64,000 bases of DNA from Minisyncoccota bacterium (lineage in GTDB: Bacteria; Patescibacteriota; Patescibacteriia; Patescibacteriales; UBA12465), in assembly GCA_021734405.1 (NCBI GenBank), contig JAIPJA010000001.1, positions 1,586-65,585 on the forward strand. Direction: 5' to 3'. The notes beneath the pieces were generated by a model. That model saw nothing but the letters and a program-made list of their open reading frames with translations, was not told the origin of the DNA and searched no databases. Positions 38,313 to 47,009 of the stretch are shown one piece after another (within the stretch, counting starts at the first letter, position 1; every line of letters starts with the position of its first letter). The position numbers and the translations under genes are program-made.

Positions 38313-39677
38313 TCATAAACTTGTAATTTTTGGCGTTGGTTTTTTATCTATTTCAAAATACATTCTAAACATCAATGCATCTGCAATATCTGGCGACCTG
38401 CCAATATTCTCTTTTATCTTATCTTTATCCTCTAAAGTGATTTTGCTGTCCTTATCAATATTCTTCTGCTTTATCTGCTCCAACTCTTCAATAAGCAAAT
38501 GTTTTATTTGGATGTCGTGCGGTTCATCTATTCCGATTTTTCCTTCTTCGGCAAGTTGTGCCATTTTGAAATAACACTGTGTTTTTAAATTGGCATAGTT
38601 TACATGCTTTGTTTTATCTCGCTTAGCTTCATCTGGCTGAATTGCTTGTGAATTATTTATAAAGCCTATACTGCCGTCAATCTGATCAACTACGCCACCT
38701 CCCACACCGTCTTCGTCTAAAATGATATGTGATCTTCTTACTTGTTTCTTTTGGGCATATTTTATAATCCACTCGGCTGAAAGGCTCGTATTTTTTTTAA
38801 TGTCATAATCTAAAATTGTTATTTCCTTTACTTGCAATCCCTCCCAATAAACAATCACCATTTTATCTCTACCCTTTCTTGCAACATCTCCTGTAATAAA
38901 CCTCTCTCTGCTTGGCTCTGCAATATTGGTAAACAAATCACTGATAACGTCATAATCGAACAAGCACGCTGGGTCATCATCATAATTCCAATTACCAAGC
39001 AAAAGCCTTTCTCTCGTTGCCTTATCTTTAATGCTCTTTAAATTATTGATGTAATGTTTTGAAATGTACGGATTGTCAACAGCCAATGCCTGTATAAACT
39101 TTTTTTCCAATTCAAGCTTCTTCTCCTCCCATGGCTTATAAAACTCCTGATATACCCACTGCTTGCTCGGGTTACATGTTCCCAATATTTTCGGTATCAA
39201 TCCAAACTCATCTAGCTTATATCTGATTCTTGATCTAACAATGCTCCAAGCCTTAAAAGTTATCTGGTTAACCTCGTCAATAAACGCTCCTGATATTTCC
39301 AGACTTCCTAAACTGTCAAAATTGGGGTCACTCGGATATAAAAATAAATCTTTTAACAAAATTGAACTGCCATTGGTAAATGTGATTACACCCTCAATTG
39401 AGTTATACTTAAAATCCTCTTCATTTTTTATTTCCCACATTTTGCAAAGATCGAAAAATGTCTGCAATGTTGTTTCTTTCAAACTTTTCAACTTTGACCT
39501 GCCCATTAACCACCTACTCCCGGGATACTGACCGCACATAATAATCAACCATGCACACCCGAGTAAACTCTTTCCTCCACCAGCTCCTCCGCCAAACAAA
39601 ACTTCCAATGTGACTTGATCTATCAAATAGCCCCAAGCTTCATTTTGCTTTTTTGTTTGTTGCCAATTTATCTCCAT
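38313..39677 (-). CDS. Terminase large subunit
   Basis: Walker A is LFGGGAGGGKS, with a nuclease C-terminal domain. The gene ends with a TGA stop. Confidence 0.8.
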   Translation of the reverse strand: MEINWQQTKKQNEAWGYLIDQVTLEVLFGGGAGGGKSLLGCAWLIIMCGQYPGSRWLMGRSKLKSLKETTLQTFFDLCKMWEIKNEEDFKYNSIEGVITFTNGSSILLKDLFLYPSDPNFDSLGSLEISGAFIDEVNQITFKAWSIVRSRIRYKLDEFGLIPKILGTCNPSKQWVYQEFYKPWEEKKLELEKKFIQALAVDNPYISKHYINNLKSIKDKATRERLLLGNWNYDDDPACLFDYDVISDLFTNIAEPSRERFITGDVARKGRDKMVIVYWEGLQVKEITILDYDIKKNTSLSAEWIIKYAQKKQVRRSHIILDEDGVGGGVVDQIDGSIGFINNSQAIQPDEAKRDKTKHVNYANLKTQCYFKMAQLAEEGKIGIDEPHDIQIKHLLIEELEQIKQKNIDKDSKITLEDKDKIKENIGRSPDIADALMFRMYFEIDKKPTPKITSL

Positions 39678-40062
39678 CTTTTTTGTCTCCCACTGTTGAT
39701 ATGCTTATCTTGAACTCCCTGCCTTCCTCGTTTGACCACTCAACGCTTTCTTTGGCTTTACCTAACTGTCTGTCCAAATACTCTTTAATTGCGGTAATAT
39801 TCCCCTTGGCACCTTCTCTAAAAAGAACTGTTAAAAGTATTGCTACTCTAGCCACCTTCTTGCCGTTTACTTCCTCTTCCTCAAGTCCATGACCTGCGAT
39901 TATTTCTTTCATTTCCCTAACTTTTTCATTATCTTCTTTTGGCTTTCTACCTGCATTATTCCTTGCTCCGCCATGCTTTTTTTTGCAACTTGAATTCCGA
40001 TTTTTTTTCAAGTTTTCAAGTTTGGCTGACTTTTTTTGCTTTTTGCCCTGTGTAGTTTTCAT
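39640..40062 (-). CDS. Basic protein, possible terminase small subunit (by position)
   Basis: It is a K/R-rich 140-aa ORF directly upstream of terL. Confidence 0.3.
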   Translation of the reverse strand: MKTTQGKKQKKSAKLENLKKNRNSSCKKKHGGARNNAGRKPKEDNEKVREMKEIIAGHGLEEEEVNGKKVARVAILLTVLFREGAKGNITAIKEYLDRQLGKAKESVEWSNEEGREFKISISTVGDKKDGDKLATNKKAK

Positions 40063-41263
40063 ATCTTTTTATAATCACATCAACGTATTTGGGGTCTAAT
40101 TCCATTGAATAACAAACTCTATCTAACTGTTGGCAAGCCATTAATGTCGAACCTGAACCGCCAAATAAATCAATAACAATATCATTTTTTTCACTATTCT
40201 TTTTTAATGCTCTTTCAGGTAATCTCAAGGGTTTTTGCGTTGGATGCACATAATTTTGCGTAACATCTCTTTTCTCAAACCAAACATCCAGCATCTCGTT
40301 ATAATCATCAAAATCAAGATTAAACACGTCCTTTAAATTATTAATTTTCTTATTTTTATAATGTGTTTTCTTTTTCTTCCAACCAACCACACAAGGCTCA
40401 TATTGCCTGTGATAATCCTGTCCTCGGCTAAACACCATTGAATTTTTAAGCCAAATGATAATTTGACTCATATGCCAACCTGCATTCTCAAATGCAAATC
40501 TGTTTAAATGATTATTTTTATTGGCAAACCACCAATAAATTGTCACATCATCTGTAGTAAAATGATAAAGATTAAACAAAATATCAGTGTAAAAATCTAC
40601 GCAATCTTTATCGCTTTTATTATCATTAAAAATCTTGCCTCCAGTACCTCCGAATTTAGTTGAGCTATAATCCAATCCTCCGGGTGATTTATAATTTACG
40701 TTGTATGGCGGATCGGTAAAAATCATTCTCCCAAGATTGCCATCCATTAATTTCTCAACATCTTCTCTGCTTGCAGAATCACCGCACATTAATCTATGTC
40801 TACCCAGTTGATAAATATCTCCCACTTTTGCTTTTGGTTCTTTTATCTTTTCGTATTCTTTCCCTGCATCAAAATCATCTTCTTTGATTTCAATAATTAA
40901 ATCCGTATCAAATCCTGTAATTTCAATTTTTTCTTTATCAAGCAATTTCAATTCTTCAATAACCAAGTCCATATCCCAATCACTCTCATTCAATTTATTA
41001 TCCGCCAAGCGATAAGCTCTAGCCTGTTTCTCATCCAAATCAACCACTATGCAAGGTATCTCTTTTAAATTTAATATTTGAGCCGCCTCATATCTTCCAT
41101 GACCGACTATAATCATTTTTTTCTTATCCAGTACTAATGGCTGATTAAAACCAAACTCTTTAATGCTTTCCGCAATTTTATTAATTTGTTTAACAGGATG
41201 CTTTTTTGCATTCTTTTCGTATGGTTTGATTTCTTCAATTTTTATCAATTGTTCTTTTTTCAT
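40016..41263 (-). CDS. ParB-like nuclease domain fused to a beta-class N6-adenine/N4-cytosine DNA methyltransferase
   Basis: The ParB-N segment is MIIVGHGRYEAA. MTase motif IV is IFTDPPYNV, followed by motif I DLFGGSGSTLMA. Confidence 0.8.
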   Translation of the reverse strand: MKKEQLIKIEEIKPYEKNAKKHPVKQINKIAESIKEFGFNQPLVLDKKKMIIVGHGRYEAAQILNLKEIPCIVVDLDEKQARAYRLADNKLNESDWDMDLVIEELKLLDKEKIEITGFDTDLIIEIKEDDFDAGKEYEKIKEPKAKVGDIYQLGRHRLMCGDSASREDVEKLMDGNLGRMIFTDPPYNVNYKSPGGLDYSSTKFGGTGGKIFNDNKSDKDCVDFYTDILFNLYHFTTDDVTIYWWFANKNNHLNRFAFENAGWHMSQIIIWLKNSMVFSRGQDYHRQYEPCVVGWKKKKTHYKNKKINNLKDVFNLDFDDYNEMLDVWFEKRDVTQNYVHPTQKPLRLPERALKKNSEKNDIVIDLFGGSGSTLMACQQLDRVCYSMELDPKYVDVIIKRYENYTGQKAKKVSQT

Positions 41264-41639
41264 GTTTTGTAAATTTTATAACCAAGAGCTTATCGATGTC
41301 TTTATTATTAAATTTTCCCTCTTTGATTATTTTTCTAAATACTTTCTCAAGTTCAACTATAATAGCTTTGACTTGTGGCTTATAAGGACCAATATTTTTG
41401 CTGTCTTTACCTTTAATCCCCTGCAAATTTCTTAAATATGGATCTTGTTTTACTGTGATGTGCCTGCTTAAACTGGCAGTTTCCTGTTCTCCGTTTTTAT
41501 AAAATATCGCAATCGGCAATACTCCGATTAAGAAAAAATCTGTTGACTGGCTGACTCCCCCTTTTTTCTTCTTATATTTATTATCGAAATCAACTCTCAA
41601 ATATAAATTATTTCTAATTAGTGATTTTAAATTCTTCAT
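41235..41639 (-). CDS. Hypothetical phage protein
   Basis: ORF. Confidence 0.35.
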   Translation of the reverse strand: MKNLKSLIRNNLYLRVDFDNKYKKKKGGVSQSTDFFLIGVLPIAIFYKNGEQETASLSRHITVKQDPYLRNLQGIKGKDSKNIGPYKPQVKAIIVELEKVFRKIIKEGKFNNKDIDKLLVIKFTKHEKRTIDKN

Positions 41640-42343
41640 AGTCGGTCTTTGTTCGGTCTAAAAAATTTTTTATAACCTGCCTTTTTGGCAAGCCCCATTG
41701 CACATGCTCCTTTGTTTTTTGCATCCATGCTTTGTGATACATCTATTAAAATATTTATAACTGTTTGAAATCCGATCTGACCAACAACCTCTAACCAAGC
41801 TTTGACATTTCTTTGATCATTAATTTTTTCCAAATGATATTCCAACTGTCCCCTTTCAGTGTCTGATAAATTTGCCAATTTTTTGACAACGTTAACGTTC
41901 TTTTTAATATAATGATTATTAGTATTATGATTGTGTTCGTTTTGACGAACGCTAGAGGGGGTTGAGCGTTCGTTTTGACGAACGGTTGGGATTGTAAATT
42001 GGGACGGTGGGGATAAGTCGTTCGTTTTGACGAACACTTCGTCTATTTTTTCTGTTAATTCCACATAAAATTTATTGCCGTCCCTCATTGTTCTTAAAAA
42101 CCCCTCCTTTGCTATTTTTCTAATTCTTTCAGAAATCCTGCTTTTTGACTTAATGCCAAGCATCGGCATCTCTTCCATTAAATAATTAAAATTCACCCAG
42201 GTATACCCATTTTTGCGTTTTTCTTCAACCCTTTTATTACGAGATGAGCATAGATAATATAAATAATCCAAAATAGCTCCATCTATGATATCGAGCCTAG
42301 TTTGCGAAAGCACTATTTGATTGATATTTATATTATATTTCAT
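41636..42343 (-). CDS. Replication initiator / replisome organiser (winged-helix N-terminus) with iterons inside the gene
   Basis: The N-terminal wHTH is MLGIKSKSRISERIRKIAKEGFL. The DNA repeats encode the repeated VRQNE peptide. Confidence 0.5.
   Translation of the reverse strand: MKYNININQIVLSQTRLDIIDGAILDYLYYLCSSRNKRVEEKRKNGYTWVNFNYLMEEMPMLGIKSKSRISERIRKIAKEGFLRTMRDGNKFYVELTEKIDEVFVKTNDLSPPSQFTIPTVRQNERSTPSSVRQNEHNHNTNNHYIKKNVNVVKKLANLSDTERGQLEYHLEKINDQRNVKAWLEVVGQIGFQTVINILIDVSQSMDAKNKGACAMGLAKKAGYKKFFRPNKDRL
41935..42035. repeat. Three iterons GTTCGTTTTGACGAAC embedded in the replication gene (candidate phage origin)
   Basis: Exact 16-mer copies lie at 41935-41950, 41968-41983 and 42020-42035. 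Each is internally inverted (CGTTCG/CGAACG). G-rich spacers separate them. Confidence 0.6.
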
Positions 42344-42471
42344 GTGACAAGCATGGATTATGAGACCGCTTATAGACTTATGAAACGAGAGGTAAGATCA
42401 GCAAAAACCGATCCCACGGACTGTCCCGACCTCTCGCATCACAAGGCTATAAGCCTTGTGTGTTCCATATG

Positions 42472-42678
42472 TTAAAAAAACAAAAATGATTTATATACTC
42501 TGGGCTTTCCAATGTTAAGTTTTTTCTCAATTTCAGCAATTCTCTGACTATCTCTTGCATTTTCCCTTTTTACAATCTGCCTAAATTCACCAAGCAAATA
42601 ATTCCTTGATTGAATTCTTGATTTAAGCCTTATCTTCTCAGAAATTAAATGCGGAACGCTTGGTGATTTACTTAACAT
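42472..42678 (-). CDS. Small hypothetical protein
   Basis: ORF overlaps the upstream ATPase gene by 11 nt. Confidence 0.3.
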   Translation of the reverse strand: MLSKSPSVPHLISEKIRLKSRIQSRNYLLGEFRQIVKRENARDSQRIAEIEKKLNIGKPRVYKSFLFF

Positions 42679-43825
42679 CCTTGCCCTCCTTTCTAGTCTT
42701 TACTGTCTTCTTAGTTGCTGTTTTTTTCTCTTCTGCCTTATCAGGAAACTGCTCGGCAAAATAATCCTGAATAGCTATTTTTAAAGCTTCCAGACCAGCC
42801 TCAAGCTCATCAAGTCCTTTTCTTTTGATTTCCTCCCAACTATTGGTATTAAATATTTTTTCTGATATTTCTATTCTTGATTTTTTATCAGCTGCTCCTG
42901 TGCTTGGCCATGCCTTAACCAATTCGTTGGAAATTTTCTCAAGTACAATTTCTTTGTTTCTAATGTACTCCCTCTTGTCTTCTTCAGTTTTAAAAAGACC
43001 ACTTGAATCGGTTTCCTGCATTTCTCTTGCATCAGGATCTGCCAACATATCATCAATTGCCGGTTCAAAATTCTCAAAACTAGGATTGATAAATGTCATA
43101 CCATCAATTTGAGTTGATCTATCTTTAACAACCGTAGCCTGACGATAAACCTTTTTATCTTTGCCCAAAATTTCCTCAAACCTTTCCATGAGGACCAAAA
43201 TGTCTGGTTCATAAGCTGTTTCACCCTCGACTTTCATTTTGACTCCCGATTTATAAATTTCCCTTTTTCCAGTGTCAGAATTTATCTCATTTTCATACTC
43301 ATATCCTGCTCTACCGCACATAATGATATGATATGGGTCTCTAACCAATGGATCAGAAAATTCAGACTTCCACATTGGCTTCAAAACTCCCCAATCCTGA
43401 AATTGAAGATGGTTGCGGTTCATTTTACGCTTATAAGCCTCGACTGTGTCCTCCCAAACGTGGGAGATAGAATCAATAATGAAAATATCAGAGATTTGTT
43501 GTTCTCTCATAATTCTCATTGATTCTTTCAAATCAGCTAAAGTTCTAGATTCTTTAACTAGCAACTCAATCCCAGCCTCTTTGAATACACGCTTCAAAAA
43601 TTTAGCTGCTTTTTCAGTGTCGAACATAACAATCGGTTTCTTTGATTTAATCTTTTGATGAAGCCCGATTGCTACAAGTGCTGAAGTGTAAGTTTTACCT
43701 GATCCAGCGAAACCCTCAAAAGCCGCCTTAAAATAAGGCTTAGTGTTGGAAACCTCCATAAAAAAGTTCCCAAAATTACCAGTTTTCTGCTTAATAGCAG
43801 TCTTTGTCATAGTTTTAGTTTGCAT
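42668..43825 (-). CDS. Walker-A P-loop ATPase (RecA/Sak4-like phage recombination or replication ATPase)
   Basis: Walker A is GFAGSGKT. It is the first gene of the early leftward operon, with a GAGGA ribosome-binding site. Confidence 0.55.
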   Translation of the reverse strand: MQTKTMTKTAIKQKTGNFGNFFMEVSNTKPYFKAAFEGFAGSGKTYTSALVAIGLHQKIKSKKPIVMFDTEKAAKFLKRVFKEAGIELLVKESRTLADLKESMRIMREQQISDIFIIDSISHVWEDTVEAYKRKMNRNHLQFQDWGVLKPMWKSEFSDPLVRDPYHIIMCGRAGYEYENEINSDTGKREIYKSGVKMKVEGETAYEPDILVLMERFEEILGKDKKVYRQATVVKDRSTQIDGMTFINPSFENFEPAIDDMLADPDAREMQETDSSGLFKTEEDKREYIRNKEIVLEKISNELVKAWPSTGAADKKSRIEISEKIFNTNSWEEIKRKGLDELEAGLEALKIAIQDYFAEQFPDKAEEKKTATKKTVKTRKEGKDVK

Positions 43826-43877
43826 ATTTTTTCCTCATTAACCCCGTGCATAAAGGTTAATATTATTGTTTATTAGA

Positions 43878-44005
43878 TTGACTAATCAGCTTTTTGCTGA
43901 TATAGTTGATTTGAGCCTTTTAATCGGAATGCACTCTGATTAAAAGTGATTCATAACACTTAAGACATCTACCCTGCGAATTCATGGGTAGGTGTCTTAT
44001 TTTAT
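43878..44005 (+). ncRNA. Candidate small RNA or attenuated leader: plus-strand promoter (TTGACT-N17-TATAGT) followed about 50 nt later by a strong intrinsic terminator
   Basis: The -35 is at 43878-43883 and the -10 at 43901-43906. The terminator hairpin AAGACATCTACCC / GGGTAGGTGTCTT (43962-43998) is followed by TTTTATTT. No ORF lies between them. Confidence 0.3.
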
Positions 44006-44140
44006 TTGACCTAATCTGTGTCTGGCATTTTCCAGCATTTGCAAATCACGCCAAATATCATAAGGTTCAAGAGATCCTCCTAATGGATAATCGTCACTAC
44101 AATCAACCACTTCGGTGACCTCTTGGGGTTCTTGATCCAT
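43997..44140 (-). CDS. Small acidic hypothetical protein (47 aa, MDQEPQEVTEVVDCSDDYPLGGSLEPYDIWRDLQMLENARHRLGQIK)
   Basis: I translated this myself. It has a strong AAGGGGGTG Shine-Dalgarno 8 nt upstream and lies in a GC-rich island at the prophage right end. Confidence 0.35.
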   Translation of the reverse strand: MDQEPQEVTEVVDCSDDYPLGGSLEPYDIWRDLQMLENARHRLGQIK

Positions 44141-44211
44141 AAAATCACCCCCTTTCTAGTTATCCCGGACTCTGCCGGAATAAATTATTTTATTAAATTG
44201 TTAAATTAAAC

Positions 44212-44248
44212 AAAAAAATCCACAGATAAAATGACATTTATCTGTGGA
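44212..44248 (-). terminator. Intrinsic terminator of the ribosomal-protein operon (after rpsI)
   Basis: A perfect 12-bp stem TCCACAGATAAA/TTTATCTGTGGA is followed by a T7 tract on the minus strand. A second 13-bp hairpin lies at 44273-44310. Confidence 0.65.
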
Positions 44249-44373
44249 TTTCCACATGAATAATACAAACCAAAAAGGATTGTAATATCGATAATTACAA
44301 TCCCTTTTAAATATATAATGGTTTGAGTTTTTCTGCTAAGGTTACAAGACCTTTTCCATTGTGATACTGAAAC

Positions 44374-44844
44374 CTATCTCTTTGACCACTGTGGTCTTTT
44401 TCTAGCTTTTTTAAGTCCTGGTTTCTTTCTCTCTTTCTTTCTAGCATCTCTAGTTAGCCAACCATGAATTTTTAAAGTCTCTCTTAATTTTTCATCATTT
44501 ATGAGTAAAGCTCGGCTAACACCATGCCTAATAGCTTCGGCTTGAGCTTTAATACCTCCGCCTTTTACCAACACAGATAGGTCAAAGTCCTTAGATACTC
44601 CTAATTCTTTAAGTGGTTGCAAAGCAATATTATGATTCTCTAATTGAAAAAAATCTTTAATCTTTTTATCATTAACCAAAGTCTGACCCTTACCTTTTAA
44701 ATAAAGTCTTACTTGAGCTACAGCTGTTTTTCTTCTGCCTACAGCTCTGATATATTTGCCGGAAAACTTAATTTCTTCTTTAGTCTCTTTAACTTTAGCT
44801 TCCTTTTTTTCAGCAACTTTTTTGGTTTTAGTTTCAGTGGCCAT
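44374..44844 (-). CDS. rpsI: 30S ribosomal protein S9
   Basis: The C-terminus ends ...RKKPGLKKARKRPQWSKR. Confidence 0.9.
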   Translation of the reverse strand: MATETKTKKVAEKKEAKVKETKEEIKFSGKYIRAVGRRKTAVAQVRLYLKGKGQTLVNDKKIKDFFQLENHNIALQPLKELGVSKDFDLSVLVKGGGIKAQAEAIRHGVSRALLINDEKLRETLKIHGWLTRDARKKERKKPGLKKARKRPQWSKR

Positions 44845-44855
44845 AATAAGCTAAA

Positions 44856-45212
44856 TTATTTTATAATTAATCTTTTTAACATATTGTCTCTAAATTTTAC
44901 TGGAGGTAACATTTCTCTAACTGCTCTTTTTAAAACTTCTCCAGGGTTTTGACTATAAACGTCTTTCATTTTCTTTTCTTTTAATCCACCTGGATAACCT
45001 GAGTAACTAAAATATTTTTTTTGTTCCATTTTTTTTCCGGTAAACTTAGCTTCTGAAATATTTACAACCTCAACTATATCACCACCATCTAAATGTGGTT
45101 GAAATTCAGGCTTATTCTTCCCTCTTAAAATTAAAGCTATCTCTGAAGCTAATCTGCCAATAGCTTTATCAGTGGCATCAAATTTATGTATTTGTCTTGT
45201 TATTTCCTTCAT
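44856..45212 (-). CDS. rplM: 50S ribosomal protein L13
   Basis: The motif is AIGRLASEIALILRGKNKPEFQPHLDGGD. Confidence 0.9.
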   Translation of the reverse strand: MKEITRQIHKFDATDKAIGRLASEIALILRGKNKPEFQPHLDGGDIVEVVNISEAKFTGKKMEQKKYFSYSGYPGGLKEKKMKDVYSQNPGEVLKRAVREMLPPVKFRDNMLKRLIIK

Positions 45213-45223
45213 AATTTTAATAT

Positions 45224-45574
45224 CTATACTAATTGAATTTGTACAGTTTTAGCTCCGTCTCCTTGACGATTGCCCAACTTAATTAAGCGAGTATAGCCAC
45301 CTTCTCTATCTTTATATCTTTCACCTAAAACTTCCATGGCTTTTTTTACTGCTAATTTTTGTGGTAAAAAACTTATTAACTCTCTCCTGGCACTAAGATC
45401 TCCTTTTTTAGATAAAGTAATTAGCTTCTCTACTAAAGGTTTAACCGCCTTAGCTTTAGCTTCAGTAGTAGTAACCTTTTCATACATCAAAACACTAGCT
45501 GCTAAATTTCTTAACATCATTTCACGAGGGGCTTTTTTTCTATCTAAAATTGTGCCTTTTTGTCTGTGTCTCAT
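45224..45574 (-). CDS. rplQ: 50S ribosomal protein L17
   Basis: The N-terminus is MRHRQKGTILDRKKAPREMMLRNLAASV. Confidence 0.9.
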   Translation of the reverse strand: MRHRQKGTILDRKKAPREMMLRNLAASVLMYEKVTTTEAKAKAVKPLVEKLITLSKKGDLSARRELISFLPQKLAVKKAMEVLGERYKDREGGYTRLIKLGNRQGDGAKTVQIQLV

Positions 45575-45586
45575 GTTCGTAAATTA

Positions 45587-46372
45587 TTATTTTTCTTTTT
45601 TATCTTTGGTTTCTTTTTTTGAATCTTTTTTATCTTCATCTTTTTCATCCTTTTTGTCTTTAGCCACTTTTTTTTCTTTAGTGCCTTCAGCAAAAGTTAA
45701 AACTGAGAATTGCTCCACTAAAATCTGCACTGCCTTATTAAAAGCATCTTTAGGAGAAATTGTGCCATCAGTAGCAATATTTAAAATCAACTTATCCCAA
45801 TTAGTCATTTTACCTACACGAGCATTTTCCACTTTCAAGCTTACAGCTGTAATAGGAGAAAAAACAGAATCAATTTCTAAATAGCCTATATCTTTATTTT
45901 CTTTCTTATCTGAATCACTCATTTTATAGCCTAAACCTTTAGCTACAAAAATCTCCATATCTAAAGAACCTTTATCATCAGTTATAGTAGCTATTTCTAA
46001 ATCATTGTTTATAATCTCCACATCTGAATTAGCTTCTATATCTTTAGCAGTAACTTTCTTTTTGCCAGTTACATGAAGTTCTAACTTTACCTCTTCATCA
46101 GTAAATACTTTTAGTCTTAATTCTTTCAAATTTAAAAGAAGTTCTAAAACATCTTCCTTAATATGGTCTAGAGCCATAAACTCATGATTAGCTCCTTTTA
46201 TTTTAACACCGGTAACAGCCGCTCCTTCTAAAGAAGATAATAAAACTCTGCGCAAAGAATTACCTAAGGTCATACCATAGCCTATATATAAAGGTTCTAT
46301 AGTAACAATACCTGAATTAGGCTCGTCTCCTTGGCTAAATTCTATTTTATTAGGTAAAGCGACGTTGTCCAT
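45587..46372 (-). CDS. rpoA: RNA polymerase alpha subunit, N-terminal domain only (261 aa; the alpha-CTD is replaced by a short K/E-rich tail)
   Basis: The alpha-NTD blocks are present. The protein ends in KEKKVAKDKKDEKDEDKKDSKKETKDKKEK with no alpha-CTD fold. Confidence 0.85.
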   Translation of the reverse strand: MDNVALPNKIEFSQGDEPNSGIVTIEPLYIGYGMTLGNSLRRVLLSSLEGAAVTGVKIKGANHEFMALDHIKEDVLELLLNLKELRLKVFTDEEVKLELHVTGKKKVTAKDIEANSDVEIINNDLEIATITDDKGSLDMEIFVAKGLGYKMSDSDKKENKDIGYLEIDSVFSPITAVSLKVENARVGKMTNWDKLILNIATDGTISPKDAFNKAVQILVEQFSVLTFAEGTKEKKVAKDKKDEKDEDKKDSKKETKDKKEK

Positions 46373-46392
46373 AAATTTAAAATTAATTTTAA

Positions 46393-46995
46393 TTATTTGG
46401 AATAAAACTCTACAATTGCCTGACTATCAATACTTTGATCTAAATCTTCTAGTTTAGGTTCATGTAAAATTTTACCTGTAAAAGTTTTAATATCAAAATT
46501 TAACCAACTAGGTAAATCTTTTAAATCAAAAGATTGCTTTATGTTTTCAAAATATTTACTTTTCTGACTTTTAGGTCTAACCTGAATTTCATCGCCTAGC
46601 TTTACTTTAAATGAAGGAATATTAACTTTCTGACCATTAACTAAAATATGAACATGATTTACCACCTGTCTAGCTCCAGGACGACTATTGGCTAAGCCTA
46701 AACGATAAACTACATTATCAAGTCTCATTTCTAAAAGCTTTAGGAAATTAAATCCAGCATCACCTTTTAGCTTCTTGGCTTTATCAAAAGTAAGTCTAAA
46801 TTGTTTTTCACGTAGGTTATAAATAACTTTAGCCTTTTGTTTTTCAGCTAACTGCTGACCAAAAGAACTTAATCTACCCCTACCTTTAGGACCGTGAAAT
46901 CCAGGAGGGTAATTTCTTCTTACTAAAGGTGATTTTTTATTGTCTGAAATTTTAATGCCGTAACGGCGACAAATTTTATTGTTATAGAAATTCAT
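46393..46995 (-). CDS. rpsD: 30S ribosomal protein S4
   Basis: The S4 domain is RQVVNHVHILVNGQKVNIPSFKVKLGDEI. Confidence 0.9.
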   Translation of the reverse strand: MNFYNNKICRRYGIKISDNKKSPLVRRNYPPGFHGPKGRGRLSSFGQQLAEKQKAKVIYNLREKQFRLTFDKAKKLKGDAGFNFLKLLEMRLDNVVYRLGLANSRPGARQVVNHVHILVNGQKVNIPSFKVKLGDEIQVRPKSQKSKYFENIKQSFDLKDLPSWLNFDIKTFTGKILHEPKLEDLDQSIDSQAIVEFYSK

Positions 46996-47009
46996 AACTG
47001 TATATATTA

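Larger units (their letters stand above)
7100..44200 (-). mobile_element. Integrated siphovirus-like temperate prophage with every gene on the minus strand; boundaries approximate
   Basis: The element carries an integrase, an XRE/ImmA switch, replication genes, a packaging/head/tail module, lysis genes, and cargo (type I RM plus six unknowns). It is flanked by host toxin-antitoxin/prfB genes on the left and a ribosomal operon on the right. Exact att sites were not identified. Confidence 0.7.

Noticed and set aside
45336-45884. 182-aa plus-strand ORF
   Set aside because: It is antisense to rplQ and rpoA, which are clearly real. Low-complexity S/F/L-rich translations like this are typical of antisense reading through AT-rich genes. 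Other short ORFs antisense to confidently called genes, such as 6074-6271, 6713-6940, 17349-17639, 27490-27840 and 50583-50858, were rejected for the same reason.
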